Assembly: GCA_965645245.1 (NCBI GenBank)
Contig: OZ287078.1
Span: 868,001-932,000 of the forward strand
From: Massalongia carnosa
Lineage: Eukaryota
Direction of reading: 5' to 3'
Length of the DNA stretch: 64,000 bases
Below are positions 39,948 through 51,896 of the stretch, piece after piece (positions within the stretch are counted from its first letter, which is position 1; each line of letters starts with the position of its first letter). Both the position numbers and the translations under genes were made by a program. The notes beneath the pieces were generated by a model that was not told the origin of the DNA, ran no database searches, and saw only the letters and a list, made by a program, of their open reading frames with translations.

Positions 39948-40943
39948 TCATACAGTATCCAGCACCGTCTCTTTGAACTCCCTCTCAACCTTCTGCCCTT
40001 GCTCGTCTGTCGTCGATTCACCGTGAAGATTGAGGAGAGCGCCCAGGTCAAATTTAGGTGCTTTCAAGAGCTTGACTTTCCTAATGTGCACCTGGGGAAT
40101 GTCAGCATGATGTCGATAGTGTTGCTTGAGTCTTTATTTGCAGGCAGTGCATTGAATACGAACGTTTTGTAGTGGATAGATGCCTTGAGTGGCCTTCTCG
40201 ATTTCACGACCAATAACCTCTGGAATCAACTTAGTTGTCAACTGGGAAAGTGTACAGCTTGAGGCTTCGCGCTGAATGATCTCAACCATTTTTTTACGGA
40301 TAGCGCGGATTTGAGAGGTGGCAGCGTATGTGGTCTTCTTGATCTGGTTGGGTCGTCGCTTTGTAAATGCAATTGCAAAAAGGCGTAGGAGGTAGTCGTC
40401 AGTGGTCTTGACAGTAATGTTCGCCTCAATAAGCGTCTGCCATTTGCGGACAAGAGACCTCAGTTTATCCGAGGTAAAATCTAGTCCATGGAAATTTGTA
40501 AGGCAGTTTTTCCCCTGCACCTCGTCGACCCTAAGCTTCACCTTGCGGAATGCGTGGTCCTCATCCTTCTGTAGATCGGCGAGCGAGACTTCAAAAATCC
40601 TTCCTTTTAGAGCATCGTTCGCATTCTTAAGGCCGGTCGTCCTGTTCACCAGCGTCTTGCCAACACTAAATTAATTAGCAGGCCGATAATACTCGATAAC
40701 GGATGAGAGTCCTACTCGCGGACTTGGAACGTAGACGGCGCCTTGATGACTGTCAGAAAAGTAAAAGATTTTGGGAACGCTCGAAAATACCTTGACAGAA
40801 TACCAATCTTTGCGGGTAAACGGATCTTGTCTCTTCTTTAGCCCCTTCTTGCTCTTTGAAAGACGCTTGTTTCTGGTACAGTCATTAGCTACAAAGTGCA
40901 GACCGTAACCCGTTTAGGATTTCACTGACTTTCCAACAGCCAT
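39948..40943 (-). CDS. RPS1: 40S ribosomal protein eS1 (S1/S3a)
   Basis: MAVGKNKRLSK..., [41 protein letters not shown]. Confidence 0.97.
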
Positions 40944-41083
40944 GATGGCGGTGTAGTGGGGGGTGTAAGTTGATTGCGATTAATCTGCAAAGTTTATCAA
41001 AGTTAGAGTATTATCGACAAATATTCGACGGGTTAAGCTAACATTTCGCTTAAATTCAGGTTGAGGGCAATAACCCTAGCTAT

Positions 41084-42407
41084 CACGCGCTCGCAGAAAA
41101 AAAAGCGACACCCAAAAATTTCACCCCATCAAAAATCTCCCCTTTTCACCAACAACCAGCATCATGGAACGACCCAACACACCTGAACCTAACTCTTCTG
41201 AATCTAGAATGTACTATCCTACTCCTACAAAAGCTAAAATTCAAGGAGCCGTTGAATTCTGCGATCGCATGGGCATTCTCTACTTCAAAGAGGACGTTTT
41301 TCGTACGTTTAATGTGAGTCATCATGCCGGCTGGAGAGCTTTAAATCAGGAGAGCTCGCGAAGACATCACAATAAGCCTGATCTTCCTGAAACGCGAGGG
41401 CGAAAGGCTATTGTTACTCCGCAAAAAATTCGCGAAATGGAGCGCATCATAGAGGAGGAGGGATTTGAGGCGCGTGCTCTCACCTGGGCACAGTTGGGCT
41501 ATGAGGTGGAACTTGAATGCTCGGGACGAATCATACAAATAGCTATGGGAACGATTGACTATCACAAATGCGTCGCATGCGGAAAGGGCTGGGTCAATGA
41601 GAAAACAGCTCGTCGTCGCTTTGATTGGGCCAAAGTTATGTTGAAAAGATATCCTGAAAAGTCTGACTGGCATAACATACGATTCAGTGATGAGGTGCAT
41701 TTCGGATGGGGTCCTCAAGGTAAACTGTCCATCATTCGCCAGCCGGGCGAAAGATATTGTCAGGACTGTATACAGCAAGCAGAAGAACCAGATTCTAGAG
41801 ATGTGAAACGGCATCATTGCTGGGCAGCTGTTGGTCACGATTTCAAGTCAGATATTCATTATTACAATGTGCCGGGCAATGCCAATGGAAAGATGAGTCA
41901 ACGGGTGTATATTGATCAGATTTTGGAGCCGGTGGTCAAGCCGTGGCTTGATCAGGGGCATGACTTCGTGCTTGAAGAAGATGGGGATTCGGGTCATGGA
42001 CCGAGCAAATCAAACATCGTACGCACTTGGAAGGAGACAAATCATCTAAACCATTATTTCAATTGTGCTTCATTACCTGCTTTATCTCCTGTGGAAAACA
42101 GCTGGTCAGTTCCGAAGCAACATCTTCATAAACATCCTCATTGGGACGATGCGACGACCAAGGAGCTAATTAATGAAGGATGGGATCGTGTTTCTCAGGC
42201 ATTTATTAATGAAAAAGTTGATGAAATGCCTGATCGGTTGCAAGCCGTCATAGATGGCGAGGGCCAGATGACTGGCTACTAGTTAGATGAATATAATCAG
42301 CTTTTCATGATGATTAAATGCTGGTTGTTGGTGCTGGTTGTTGATGAAAAGGGGGGATTTTGTAGGGTAAAATTTTTGGGTGTCGCTTTTTTTTCTGCGA
42401 GCGCGTG
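41084..42407 (+). mobile_element. Tc1/mariner-type DNA transposon copy 1 (1324 bp)
   Basis: 38-bp perfect TIR CACGCGCTCGCAGAAAAAAAAGCGACACCCAAAAATTT, extending imperfectly; single intact transposase ORF; flanks GCTAT and CCTGT. Confidence 0.95.
41164..42282 (+). CDS. Tc1-like DDE transposase, 372 aa, DD37E spacing
   Basis: W..IRFSDE, CWAAVG, LEEDGDSGH, LSPVENSW and MPDRLQAVI..G..TGY motifs. Confidence 0.92.
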   Translation: MERPNTPEPNSSESRMYYPTPTKAKIQGAVEFCDRMGILYFKEDVFRTFNVSHHAGWRALNQESSRRHHNKPDLPETRGRKAIVTPQKIREMERIIEEEGFEARALTWAQLGYEVELECSGRIIQIAMGTIDYHKCVACGKGWVNEKTARRRFDWAKVMLKRYPEKSDWHNIRFSDEVHFGWGPQGKLSIIRQPGERYCQDCIQQAEEPDSRDVKRHHCWAAVGHDFKSDIHYYNVPGNANGKMSQRVYIDQILEPVVKPWLDQGHDFVLEEDGDSGHGPSKSNIVRTWKETNHLNHYFNCASLPALSPVENSWSVPKQHLHKHPHWDDATTKELINEGWDRVSQAFINEKVDEMPDRLQAVIDGEGQMTGY

Positions 42408-43180
42408 CCTGTCACGCGGGTGAAAAAAAAATATGCAACGTTGGCCGAGGTTAACCCCAGACCACCCACCGAAATCTTCTAAATAATCAAACAAAATCCC
42501 ATACATTATGATACTCCTCTGAAGGCTAAATTGCAAGGCGCGCATTAATATCTTTCTTCTAAAGGTATTCCACACGACGTGCGCGACATTTTCAAAGAAT
42601 TTGATGTTAGATCTGAAAGAGCAGAATATAAAGGGTCAGAAATATATGACACTTGTTGAATATCCAATTCCTACCAGCACAATGAACACCTATCAGTACG
42701 ATGAACATAGCACCTACGGCTGCCCTAGATGGACAGATCATCTACGGAAACCGTAGATGCCGCATTAGGCTTAGTCCCAAGATAAGATAAGATCACCTCG
42801 CTTAGAAGGGGGTGACCAGTAATAGGAAAAGATTGCTGCCTAGCAACTCTTCATCCTTACCATCACGGTCATACATACCTTTATTATTACATAGCCATAT
42901 AGCCATAGTCATACACCTATTTCAACAGGTTATGAGCCCGGAAGGGTGCTATCGATTTAAACGAATCGAAACTTTTAATCCGCAGCTTCGCAGTGCAATC
43001 AGCTAAGCATCGTTCCTATTCAATAAATCGTAGACACATGACTAAAATCTTTCTGTGTCTTTAGAAACGATCCCTTAAATCACATCAATCAGTTCTCTCT
43101 TCTGTACACAGCGATTTCTTGTCAGAAGCACAAAAACTGCGTGTTAGAAAGAGCATGAACACATTGATCGTACTACACCG

Positions 43181-44739
43181 AAGCCCTCGGACACCAAAGA
43201 GCTTGCTAAGCTCGATGGTCGAAGGCACTCAAGCCCTCGGACACCAAAGAGCTTGCTAAGCTCGATGGTCGAAGGCACTCAAGTCCTCGGACACCAAAGA
43301 GCTTGCTAAGCTCGATGGTCGAAGGCAATCAAGTCCTCGGACACCAAAGAGCTTGCTAAGCTCGATGGTCGAAGGCAATCAAGTCCTCGGACACCAAAGA
43401 GCTTGCTAAGCTCGATGGTCGAAGGCACTCAAGTCCTCGGACACCAAAGAGCTTGCTAAGCTCGATGGTCGAAGGCAATCAAGTCCTCGGACACCAAAGA
43501 GCTTGCTAAGCTCGATGGTCGAAGGCAATCAAGTCCTCGGACACCAAAGAGCTTGCTAAGCTCGATGGTCGAAGGCACTCAAGTCCTCGGACACCAAAGA
43601 GCTTGCTAAGCCCGATGGTCGAAGGCACTCAAGCCCTCGGACACCAAAGAGCTTGCTAAGCTCGATGGTCGAAGGCACTCAAGTCCTCGGACACCAAAGA
43701 GCTTGCTAAGCCCGATGGTCGAAGGCACTCAAGCCCTCGGACACCAAAGAGCTTGCTAAGCTCGATGGTCGAAGGCACTCAAGTCCTCGGACACCAAAGA
43801 GCTTGCTAAGCCCGATGGTCGAAGGCACTCAAGCCCTCGGACACCAAAGAGCTTGCTAAGCTCGATGGTCGAAGGCACCCAAGTCCTCGGACACCAAAGA
43901 GCTTGCTAAGCTCGATGGTCGAAGGCACCCAAGTCCTCGGACACCAGAAGAGCTTGCTAAGCTCGCTGGTCGAAGGCACCCAAGTCCTCGGACACCAAAG
44001 AGCTTGCTAAGCTCGCTGGTCGAAGGCACTCAAGTCCTCGGACACCAAAAGAGCTTGCTATGCTCGATGGTCGAAGGCACTCAAGTCCTCGGACACCAAA
44101 AGAGCTTGCTATGCTCGATGGTCGAAGGCACTCAAGTCCTCGGACACCAAAAGAGCTTGCTATGCTCGATGGTCGAAGGCACTCAAGTCCTCGGACACCA
44201 GAAGAGCTTGCTATGCTTGATGGTCGAAGGCACCCAAGTCCTCGGACACCAGAAGAGCTTGCTACGCTCGATGGTCGAAGGCACTCAAGTCCTCGGACAC
44301 CAGAAGAGCTTGCTACGCTCGATGGTCGAAGGCAATCAAGTCCTCGGACACCAGAAGAGCTTGCTACGCTCGATGGTCGAAGGCACCCAAGTCCTCGGAC
44401 ACCAGAAGAGCTTGCTACGCTCGATGGTCGAAGGCACCCAAGTCCTCGGACACCAGAAGAGCTTGCTACGCTCGATGGTCGAAGGCACCCAAGTCCTCGG
44501 ACACCAGAAGAGCTTGCTACGCTCGATGGTCGAAGGCACCCAAGTCCTCGGACACCAAAGAGCTTGCTAAGCTCGATGGTCGAAGGCGCTCAAGTCCTCG
44601 GATACCAAAGAGCCCGCTAAGCTCGATGGTCGAAGGCGCTCAAGTCCTCGGACACCAAAGAGCTCGCTAATCTCGATGGTCGAAGGCACCGAAGTCCTCG
44701 GACACCAAAAGAGCTCGCTAAGCTCGATGGTCGAAGGCA
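43181..44739. repeat. Tandem array of 31 x 50/51-bp units in the Copia 5' leader
   Basis: Unit AAGTCCTCGGACACCA(G)AAGAGCTTGCTAAGCTCGATGGTCGAAGGCACTC; no spacers. Confidence 0.97.
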
Positions 44740-45221
44740 AAAAAAGTATATTGCTGGCCCTGAGCGCCCCATTGGTTCAAAAATCATCAAAGCGTCAGTT
44801 CACCCGTGGTTGAGTTCTGGACACGCAAACAATACAAAATCCCTCGGACATCAAAGAGCTTAGTAAACTCATTGATCGAAGGCACAAAGACCTTTCTTTT
44901 TGGCAATTATGCCTCCTTAAGGCACTAGATGAGATTGTGCGGCAGTTGCCTCTTATTATCTAACCGGCCTAAGGCCGGTTAAATCAATTGGAATAATCAA
45001 TTTGCTTTTGGTCAATTGGACCCTTGAAAAAGCCGGAGTTGAAATTCTCATCATGGCAAACAAGCATGTTAAGCTAACAGGTTTCTCTGTTGAGACATCA
45101 GAGTGGACACTGCCTAAGGAGGGACTGTTTTTTCCTTGTCTATAAGAAAGGTCACAGATCCACATTCTTTCAGTCACTACTAAGTTTCTCGCCTTGTTCA
45201 ATTGCTCCCCATTCTCCCATT

Positions 45222-48200
45222 ATGTATATCATAGATACGTCACATCTTTTGGAGAAAGCCGAAAGATATTCGGCATGGGCAAGCTATACGAAGGGCATTC
45301 TGCTCAAGAACAACTGCGAAGGAGCCATTCTGGAGAATCAATCAGAAATCACCGCTGAAACCATCGAGGAAGGTTTAATACAAGCAGGCTTCGACGCCAA
45401 AGGTCTTTCAGTCAGCATCTTGGTAAAAGAACTGCGTGACTAGAAGAATAGACAGAAGGCCGAGATGACCAAGGCTATAGGAATCATTCACGGATTAGTT
45501 GCGGAGTGCCATTATAGCCTCATCGACAACAAGAATGTGGCAGAAATGTGGAAAATCCTGAAGGATAGATTCCAAGATATAGCACCAATGAGCATCAGCG
45601 ACATCATTCTGAAGGTTAGTTCCAAGAAGATGACCGACTTCGAGACGACCAGTCTATACTGTGCATATTACGAGAGCGCTTTAAACAAGATTAAAGGAAT
45701 GCTGGACGACAAGGCCAAAGTGGATGTGCATACCGTGGAGTTTATGCTTAAGGGAATGATGCTGGGTAACACCAGACGTCTATTCCCCATTGATAGCCCA
45801 ACTTCGACGAGATTGAACATACGAAACCACAAACCTGTCGGAAGCAATGAAGACCATTATTGCTTATTATGTCAACATGAAAATCACCAAGGCACTTCAT
45901 ATCAGCACACCTGACTCAAGAGGTCGAGCCCCATCAGGGAACTGCACCTTCTCTTAATGTGTCAAGAGAAAGAACACTCGTCATTGGCTAGATACCTGTT
46001 TGCCGAAGTTTCCACAGTTAAAAAGACATAGAAGTTCGCTCGAATCCGGAAGAGCAAAGGAACAAAAGACTACCTCGTTAGAAACGAAGGCGGACTTATA
46101 TCATACATCAACCAACATTTCAACGACCATTGACACTCCAGATTTGAGGATGCATTTGAGCAAAGTGGACGAGGACACCTATCAAGGACTGGACGTCATT
46201 ATCTGTCAAATCAAAACTCACTACATGGCATGGAAGGCTTGGTCATCTCAACATAGCAACGTGTCGAAAATATCTGAAAACGCTAGACATAACGTACGAT
46301 GACGATATCAACCACGGTTGGTTTTGCCATGCATGCGAAATGGGAAAAGCCAAAAAGATATATAACCGAACACGGCAAGAGAAGGCCACAGAGCTCTTTC
46401 AAAAGATAAACTCTGACCTAGTGGGACTAATCAAGCCATCAGGACTTCTTGAAGAACTTTACCTCTTTCCTTTCACCTGTGATGCTAGCAGATACACTCA
46501 TGTCTATACCGGACACAAGACGAGTGAATGGTTTGATCACTTGTTGACATACTACAGCATGGCTCAAAACAAATCCGGAAAGGCTAAACTCATAAGCAGT
46601 TTTCGCACTGACTTCGGCGCGGAGCTTCGCAGTCACAAGTCAGACGTTTGGTCCTTGGAACAAGGCATAACGTTTGAAACAGCTGCTCCATACTCTCAAG
46701 ATGAAAACGGAGTCGCGGAACGAATGGGCAGAACCATCATAGACATGACAAGATGCAGTGTCATTGCCAGAGACATTCCAGACTACTTGTAGGCAGAAGT
46801 GGTTCTAGCCATGGTTCACACCAAGAACGTCAGACCAACCAACGCCTTAGCAGGTAAAACCCCGTATGAGATCTTCGAGAAGAAGTCACCTAAGCTGGAT
46901 CACCTGAGAATTCTCGGATCTACAGTCTATGCATTAATTCACGAAGAAGAGCGAAAAGGAATAAACAGCAAGGCTGCTAAATTTTCTCCGAGGGCTCAGA
47001 AAGGAATCCTGTGTGGATATGACAGAAGCACCATCTATCGCGTCTTTATGGAAAAAGACTACAAGGTCATTAGGGTCAAGAACTTACGAATTCATGAAGA
47101 CGCCACATTCAAAGATGGGATACATTACCTACCGAGTCCATGGAACCCGAACATATAGTCTTAAGTGGCAAATGAGTATTCAAGCTGAAACGAGACGTAA
47201 ATGAAAAGACCGTTCGCTTTAAAGCCAGATGGGTTGTCAAGGATATCTCCAACAATACCGAGTAGATTTCGATCAAACCTTTGCATCTATGGCCAAACAA
47301 TGGCTTTTCGCTTGCTATTCGCGTTAGCTGCTCATCATTATCTGCACATCGAGCGACTGGATATAGTGACAGCTTTTCTGAACGGTCTCATTATCAACTC
47401 ATCTATGTCCACATGCCGAAAGGATATGACACAGCTGGCATGGTGTGCAGGTTGAACAAAGCCCTATACGGTTTGAACAGTCTCCGCGTCCCTGGTATGA
47501 ACGACTGTCAGCTTTTCTATTGAGCAAATTAGGATTGGAGAAACTCCACGCAGATCATAACATTTTCGTCACACCTCAAGGGATAAAAGGACACATTGTT
47601 ACCTCTTTCGTTGACGATTTGAACATCATAGGCCCAAGGGTTCCCCGATGATCACCGAAGTCAAGAAACAGCTCAAGCTAGCTTTCAAGATGGTAGACAT
47701 GGGACCAATCAGCTACTATCTAGGCCTTAAAGTCGAACGAGATCGAGTCAACAAAACCATAAAGCACTCCCATGCGAGAAGGCTGTCTCTTCATCAATGA
47801 ATTTCAGGACTCCGACAAGGACATAAAGCAATATCAAACCATGGTCGGATCCATCACGTTCGCAATGATAGAAACCAGGCCAGACGTAGCTTTCGCAACG
47901 TCCGTAATCAGTCGAAATGCAAAGAATCCAGGCAAAACACATATGGAAGCGGCCAAACACATTCTCAGATACCTTAGCGGTACCAAGAATAGAGACATCA
48001 CCTTCGACAAATAGCAGCGAAAATCCAACTGGGGTTATGTGTTCATGCTGAACAATGGACCAATAAGCTGGTGTTCCAAAAGACAAATAACCGTCACATT
48101 GTCATCAACCGAAGCAGAGTATATGGCACTCACCTTAGTAGCAAAGGAGGCAACATGGCTACGTTTACTGATGACCGAACTCGGATTGACGACTTCTGAT

Positions 48201-48482
48201 GACGGATCCCCGACAATAAACGTGTTAAGAGGAGAAGGCACAATTGCATTGAAAGGCGACAATCAAAGCGCCATAGCACTGGCCAATAACCCCGTATTAC
48301 ACTCCAGGACCAAGCATATCGACATTCAGCACTACTTGATACGAAACGAGGTGCTAGAAGGAAGAATCGAACTCACCTATGTTCCGACCGAAGACATGAT
48401 TGCAGATGGACTGACAAAAACCCTCACGCACGTCAAGTTCTTCTCCTTTATCAGACAGCTCAACATGGACAAACAGACATGA
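45222..48482 (+). pseudogene. Copia gag-pol, fragmented by stops, frameshifts and deletions
   Basis: Integrase (RTDFGAE, ENGVAER), RT (LDIVTAFLNG, LNKALYGL, FVDDL) and RNase H ([26 protein letters not shown]). Confidence 0.9.
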
Positions 48483-49198
48483 GAGGTAAAGAAGTTCAAC
48501 CACGGTTGAATCCACGATGGAAACAAGTACTGGTAGGACTTGAGGGGGGGTGTTGAATATCCAATTCCTACCAGCACAATGAACACCTATCAGTACGATG
48601 AACATAGCACCTACGGCTGCCCTAGATGGACAGATCATCTACGGAAACCGTAGATGCCGCATTAGGCTTAGTCCCAAGATAAGATAAGATCACCTCGCTT
48701 AGAAGGGGGTGACCAGTAATAGGAAAAGATTGCTGCCTAGCAACTCTTCATCCTTACCATCACGGTCATACATACCTTTATTATTACATAGCCATATAGC
48801 CATAGTCATACACCTATTTCAACAACACTCGAGGTCGCAATTCAAGCTGTGATTGACAGTCACGGTGCAATAACTGTGTAATTAGTGAATTTTAGATGGA
48901 ATTTAGGGGGAATTGGAAGGGTTTTAGGTGGGGTGATCATGGGGTAACCTCGGCCCACGTTGCATCTTTTTTTTTCACCCGCGTGCCTGTGTGTGCACTC
49001 TGCTACTTATTGTTTAAATCGCCACATGGCATGATTACCAATAAACAGTACAGTAACTCTGGAATGAAGTAGCCATATGTAATCAGAGCCTTCGTTTCGA
49101 GTTCAGGACTTCAACCATTGTTACCAAAACAAATGGTAGGGAGACAACCATGATAAATATTAAATTCTAGCTGTGAAAGTAGTTTCCTTGGATCAATC

Positions 49199-51340
49199 AT
49201 GGAGACAGGAAGCTCGCTGGAACAGGCTACGTACCATACCACACTTAATCAAATTCTATCGACGCTCAAATCCATTCAATCAGATTATCGGCAAGTTTCT
49301 GCGGCTGTAGAAGCCATTGATGGGCGTGTCAATATTCTTACAAGTTCTAAGCTACACTACGATGCCGAAGAGGATAAGCAGCAGAGTATTAATGGGACGG
49401 TGGCCTTAGAAAGCCCCGTACAGGATATCCATAATGAGTCGGCCGAATCCTCTGCTAAAGTTTCTCCCAGACCGCTGGTCATAAATAGGGGTCCTGATCT
49501 GTCACAGCCAAGAAAAGCTACTCCAGGTGGTCGAATCTCATCATCGACGTCCTCCTCACGGATCATTTTAACTACGTATCCGGGCCAGTCAGGAATTGAT
49601 CCGTTGGTAATGAAATGGGGCCACAAGGATCCATTGCAGAGGGGCCCTGTAGTGGTTTCACGTAGCCAAAGTACAATCAGACGTCGTAACGGTAGGGGAA
49701 CTGGTAATTGTATCTAAATCGCATGCTTCTAACTCGCCATTCTCACAGCAATTGGTGCTCATGGTGGTTCGTACTCGATTTACCATGCTTTGGCCGTCGC
49801 CAGCAAGAACCTCGATGTTGAACACAAGCCTGACTTCACGAACACTGAGCCAGCAGTGGCCCTCGGTCCGTTTCCTCAATGGGCCGATGCGAAGAAGATA
49901 GTTTCAATGGATCCACTTGGGCATCTTGCTCCTTGGCTGTTCACGAAGTTAATTCATGAAGAGGACGTTCACATTAGGCCGACAATTGCAATCACTAAAG
50001 CCCATATGAAGCTTCCAGAAATTGAACAGAGCGTTCGAAATGGCCGGCTTCAAGTGGACGGGAAAATATGTCTGAACGAGACTGGGGAACTGGCTGTCAC
50101 AAAGTTTGCTGTCGAGCCTGTCTGGCATCTGCCTGGGGTTGCCGAGCGATTTGGAATCGGTAGGTCTTTGGTATTTCGCACGAAAAATAATTTCTTTCTT
50201 AGAGAAGCGGCCATAGAATGAGGCTTCAGCTAAGCGGAAGTAGATGAAGGACTTTTAAGGCGGTCACTGTTCGAAAATACTGGGGGTTCGTTCCCAGAAC
50301 TCATCACTCGAAGTGATATCAAGTTATTTCTCCCTCCAATTGGGGGTTTGACCGTCTATTGCTTCGGAGATCCCGCAAAAATGTCAGATCCAAATGTTAG
50401 GCTGGCACTTCGCGTGCATGACGAGTGCAATGGAAGTGATGTTTTTGGGTCCGATATATGCACATGTCGACCATATTTAATATTTGGTGTTGAGGAAGCC
50501 GTCAAGGAAGCCCAGAAAGGTGGCAGTGGAGTTGTCATATATTTTCGGAAAGAAGGACGGGCATTAGGAGAAGTCACCAAGTATCTAGTATATAATGCTC
50601 GTAAGTTCTATCGCGACCATTTTAGAGACTACTGGCACGTCATGCTGACGAATGGAATTGCAGGCAAGCGAGGGACAGATCGTGAGCAAGTTTTGAACTA
50701 CCTTAACAGTCTTGAAACTGACTTGTGGCGATTAAGGGGCAAGCGAATATTTCAAGAGAACCGAGAATATTGCTGGGGTCAAGGTGGGCAAATTGCAAAG
50801 TCATTTAGCATCCGATGCTAACTATTTAAGGATATGCGCTTCCAAGCTCTAATGCCAGACGTACGTAGTAAAAGCAGTTCTTTAACTTACAGGATTGATA
50901 GCTGTGCCAGGTTTTGCATTGGTTAGGTATCATCAAGATTGATCGCATGCTTAGCATGTCAAAGTAAGCCAAGCCATAGCCATTAGTTACAAGGTTCCTA
51001 TGCTAAATATTGTGAGTCATTAGCATGAAATATGATGCTATAGTCGAGCAAGGCATTTCCATCCATGAGCGGGTCCCTATCCCCGAAGAACTGATACCGG
51101 AAGACAGCCGTGTAGAGATCGATGCTAAGATCCATGCGGGGTACTGTAAGCACATAGACCTCAACGAAGTTATGCGTAGAGTAACACTAACAAATGCTTC
51201 AGTCACCACTGGGAGAGTCATGAGTATGGCGGAATTATCTGAAGTTCAAGGTCGAGCCTGGGACGATGTTGATGTAAGCGAAAGAACCACTGCATCTATA
51301 ACTCTTCGATTGCTAACATTGCTGTTCCTAACAGCATTGA
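49199..51340 (+). CDS. URC1: GTP cyclohydrolase II-like uracil-catabolism protein (URC1/urg1 type), multi-exon
   Basis: RIILTTYPGQSGIDP, RRRNAIGAHGGSYSIY, LRVHDECNGSDVFGSDICTCRPYL and EIDAKIHAGY. Confidence 0.85.
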
Positions 51341-51896
51341 ATCCACCAACCGTTTCCTTGAATTCAGTATGACAAACCCCGTCTCCCACCATATAACCCA
51401 ACGTCTCTATGCCCAAACAATATGCGAATAAAGTAAACTAGAAACCCATAGGAAAATGGCATTACGAGGGGACATTTTGCTCGGTCCAGAATTGCTCAAT
51501 GCTTGAAGTATCTCTCTTACTCAAGATCCCTTGCCGTGCTGTGAAAAGTGTCTCTGACAACAAGTTGTACCGAGCTTATAGGCCTGATTTTTCAAGCTGT
51601 GATGCTCGTAAGGAAAAGCTCATGTATTTAAGAATATAATGACTGCTCAAGAGAGAATTAATTACCATATCATTTACCCCTTGAAAGTTTGTAGAAAATA
51701 TCACAGAGATCCATTCAATCAATTGGATCGCAGTTCGAAGACAATTATAGAGAAAGGCCTACTGATATTTGAATCGACTTCCAAATAATGAGGGAAGACC
51801 TTTCTAATCGACCTTTTTTATGAGTTTATACCTCGATAACAAATTAAATCACTCACTTAGCTTTATGAGGGTACTCTCCGTAACCGCATACATAGC

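Larger units (their letters stand above)
42654..48824 (+). mobile_element. Ty1/Copia LTR retrotransposon, non-autonomous
   Basis: 274-bp LTRs 42654-42927 and 48551-48824 with no differences seen; TSD ACACT; PBS GGTTATGAGCCC; polypurine tract GAGGGGGGG; fragments in gag-IN-RT-RH order. Confidence 0.96.
42413..48985 (+). mobile_element. Internally deleted relative of the Tc1-like element (about 397 bp without the nested Copia)
   Basis: About 45-bp TIR CACGCGGGTGAAAAAAAAA..TGCAACGT.GGCCGAGGTTA; TSD CCTGT at 42408-42412 and 48986-48990; remnants YDTPLKAKLQGA and IQAVIDSHGAIT match the transposase N- and C-termini. Confidence 0.88.

Noticed and set aside
41341..41838. 165-aa antisense ORF in both transposon copies
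   Set aside because: It recurs only because the copies are identical; no recognisable motif.
43181..43230. Repeat unit as a hammerhead ribozyme (retrozyme-like)
   Set aside because: No CUGANGA/GAAA core on either strand.
44004..44620. Repetitive ORFs (MLDGRRHSSPRTPEELA)n and (MVEGTQVLGHQKSLL)n
   Set aside because: By-products of the 51-bp units being a multiple of 3; the 50-bp units break the frame.
43181..44739. Array as a CRISPR locus
   Set aside because: Units are contiguous with no unique spacers, there are no cas genes, and the context is a eukaryotic retrotransposon.
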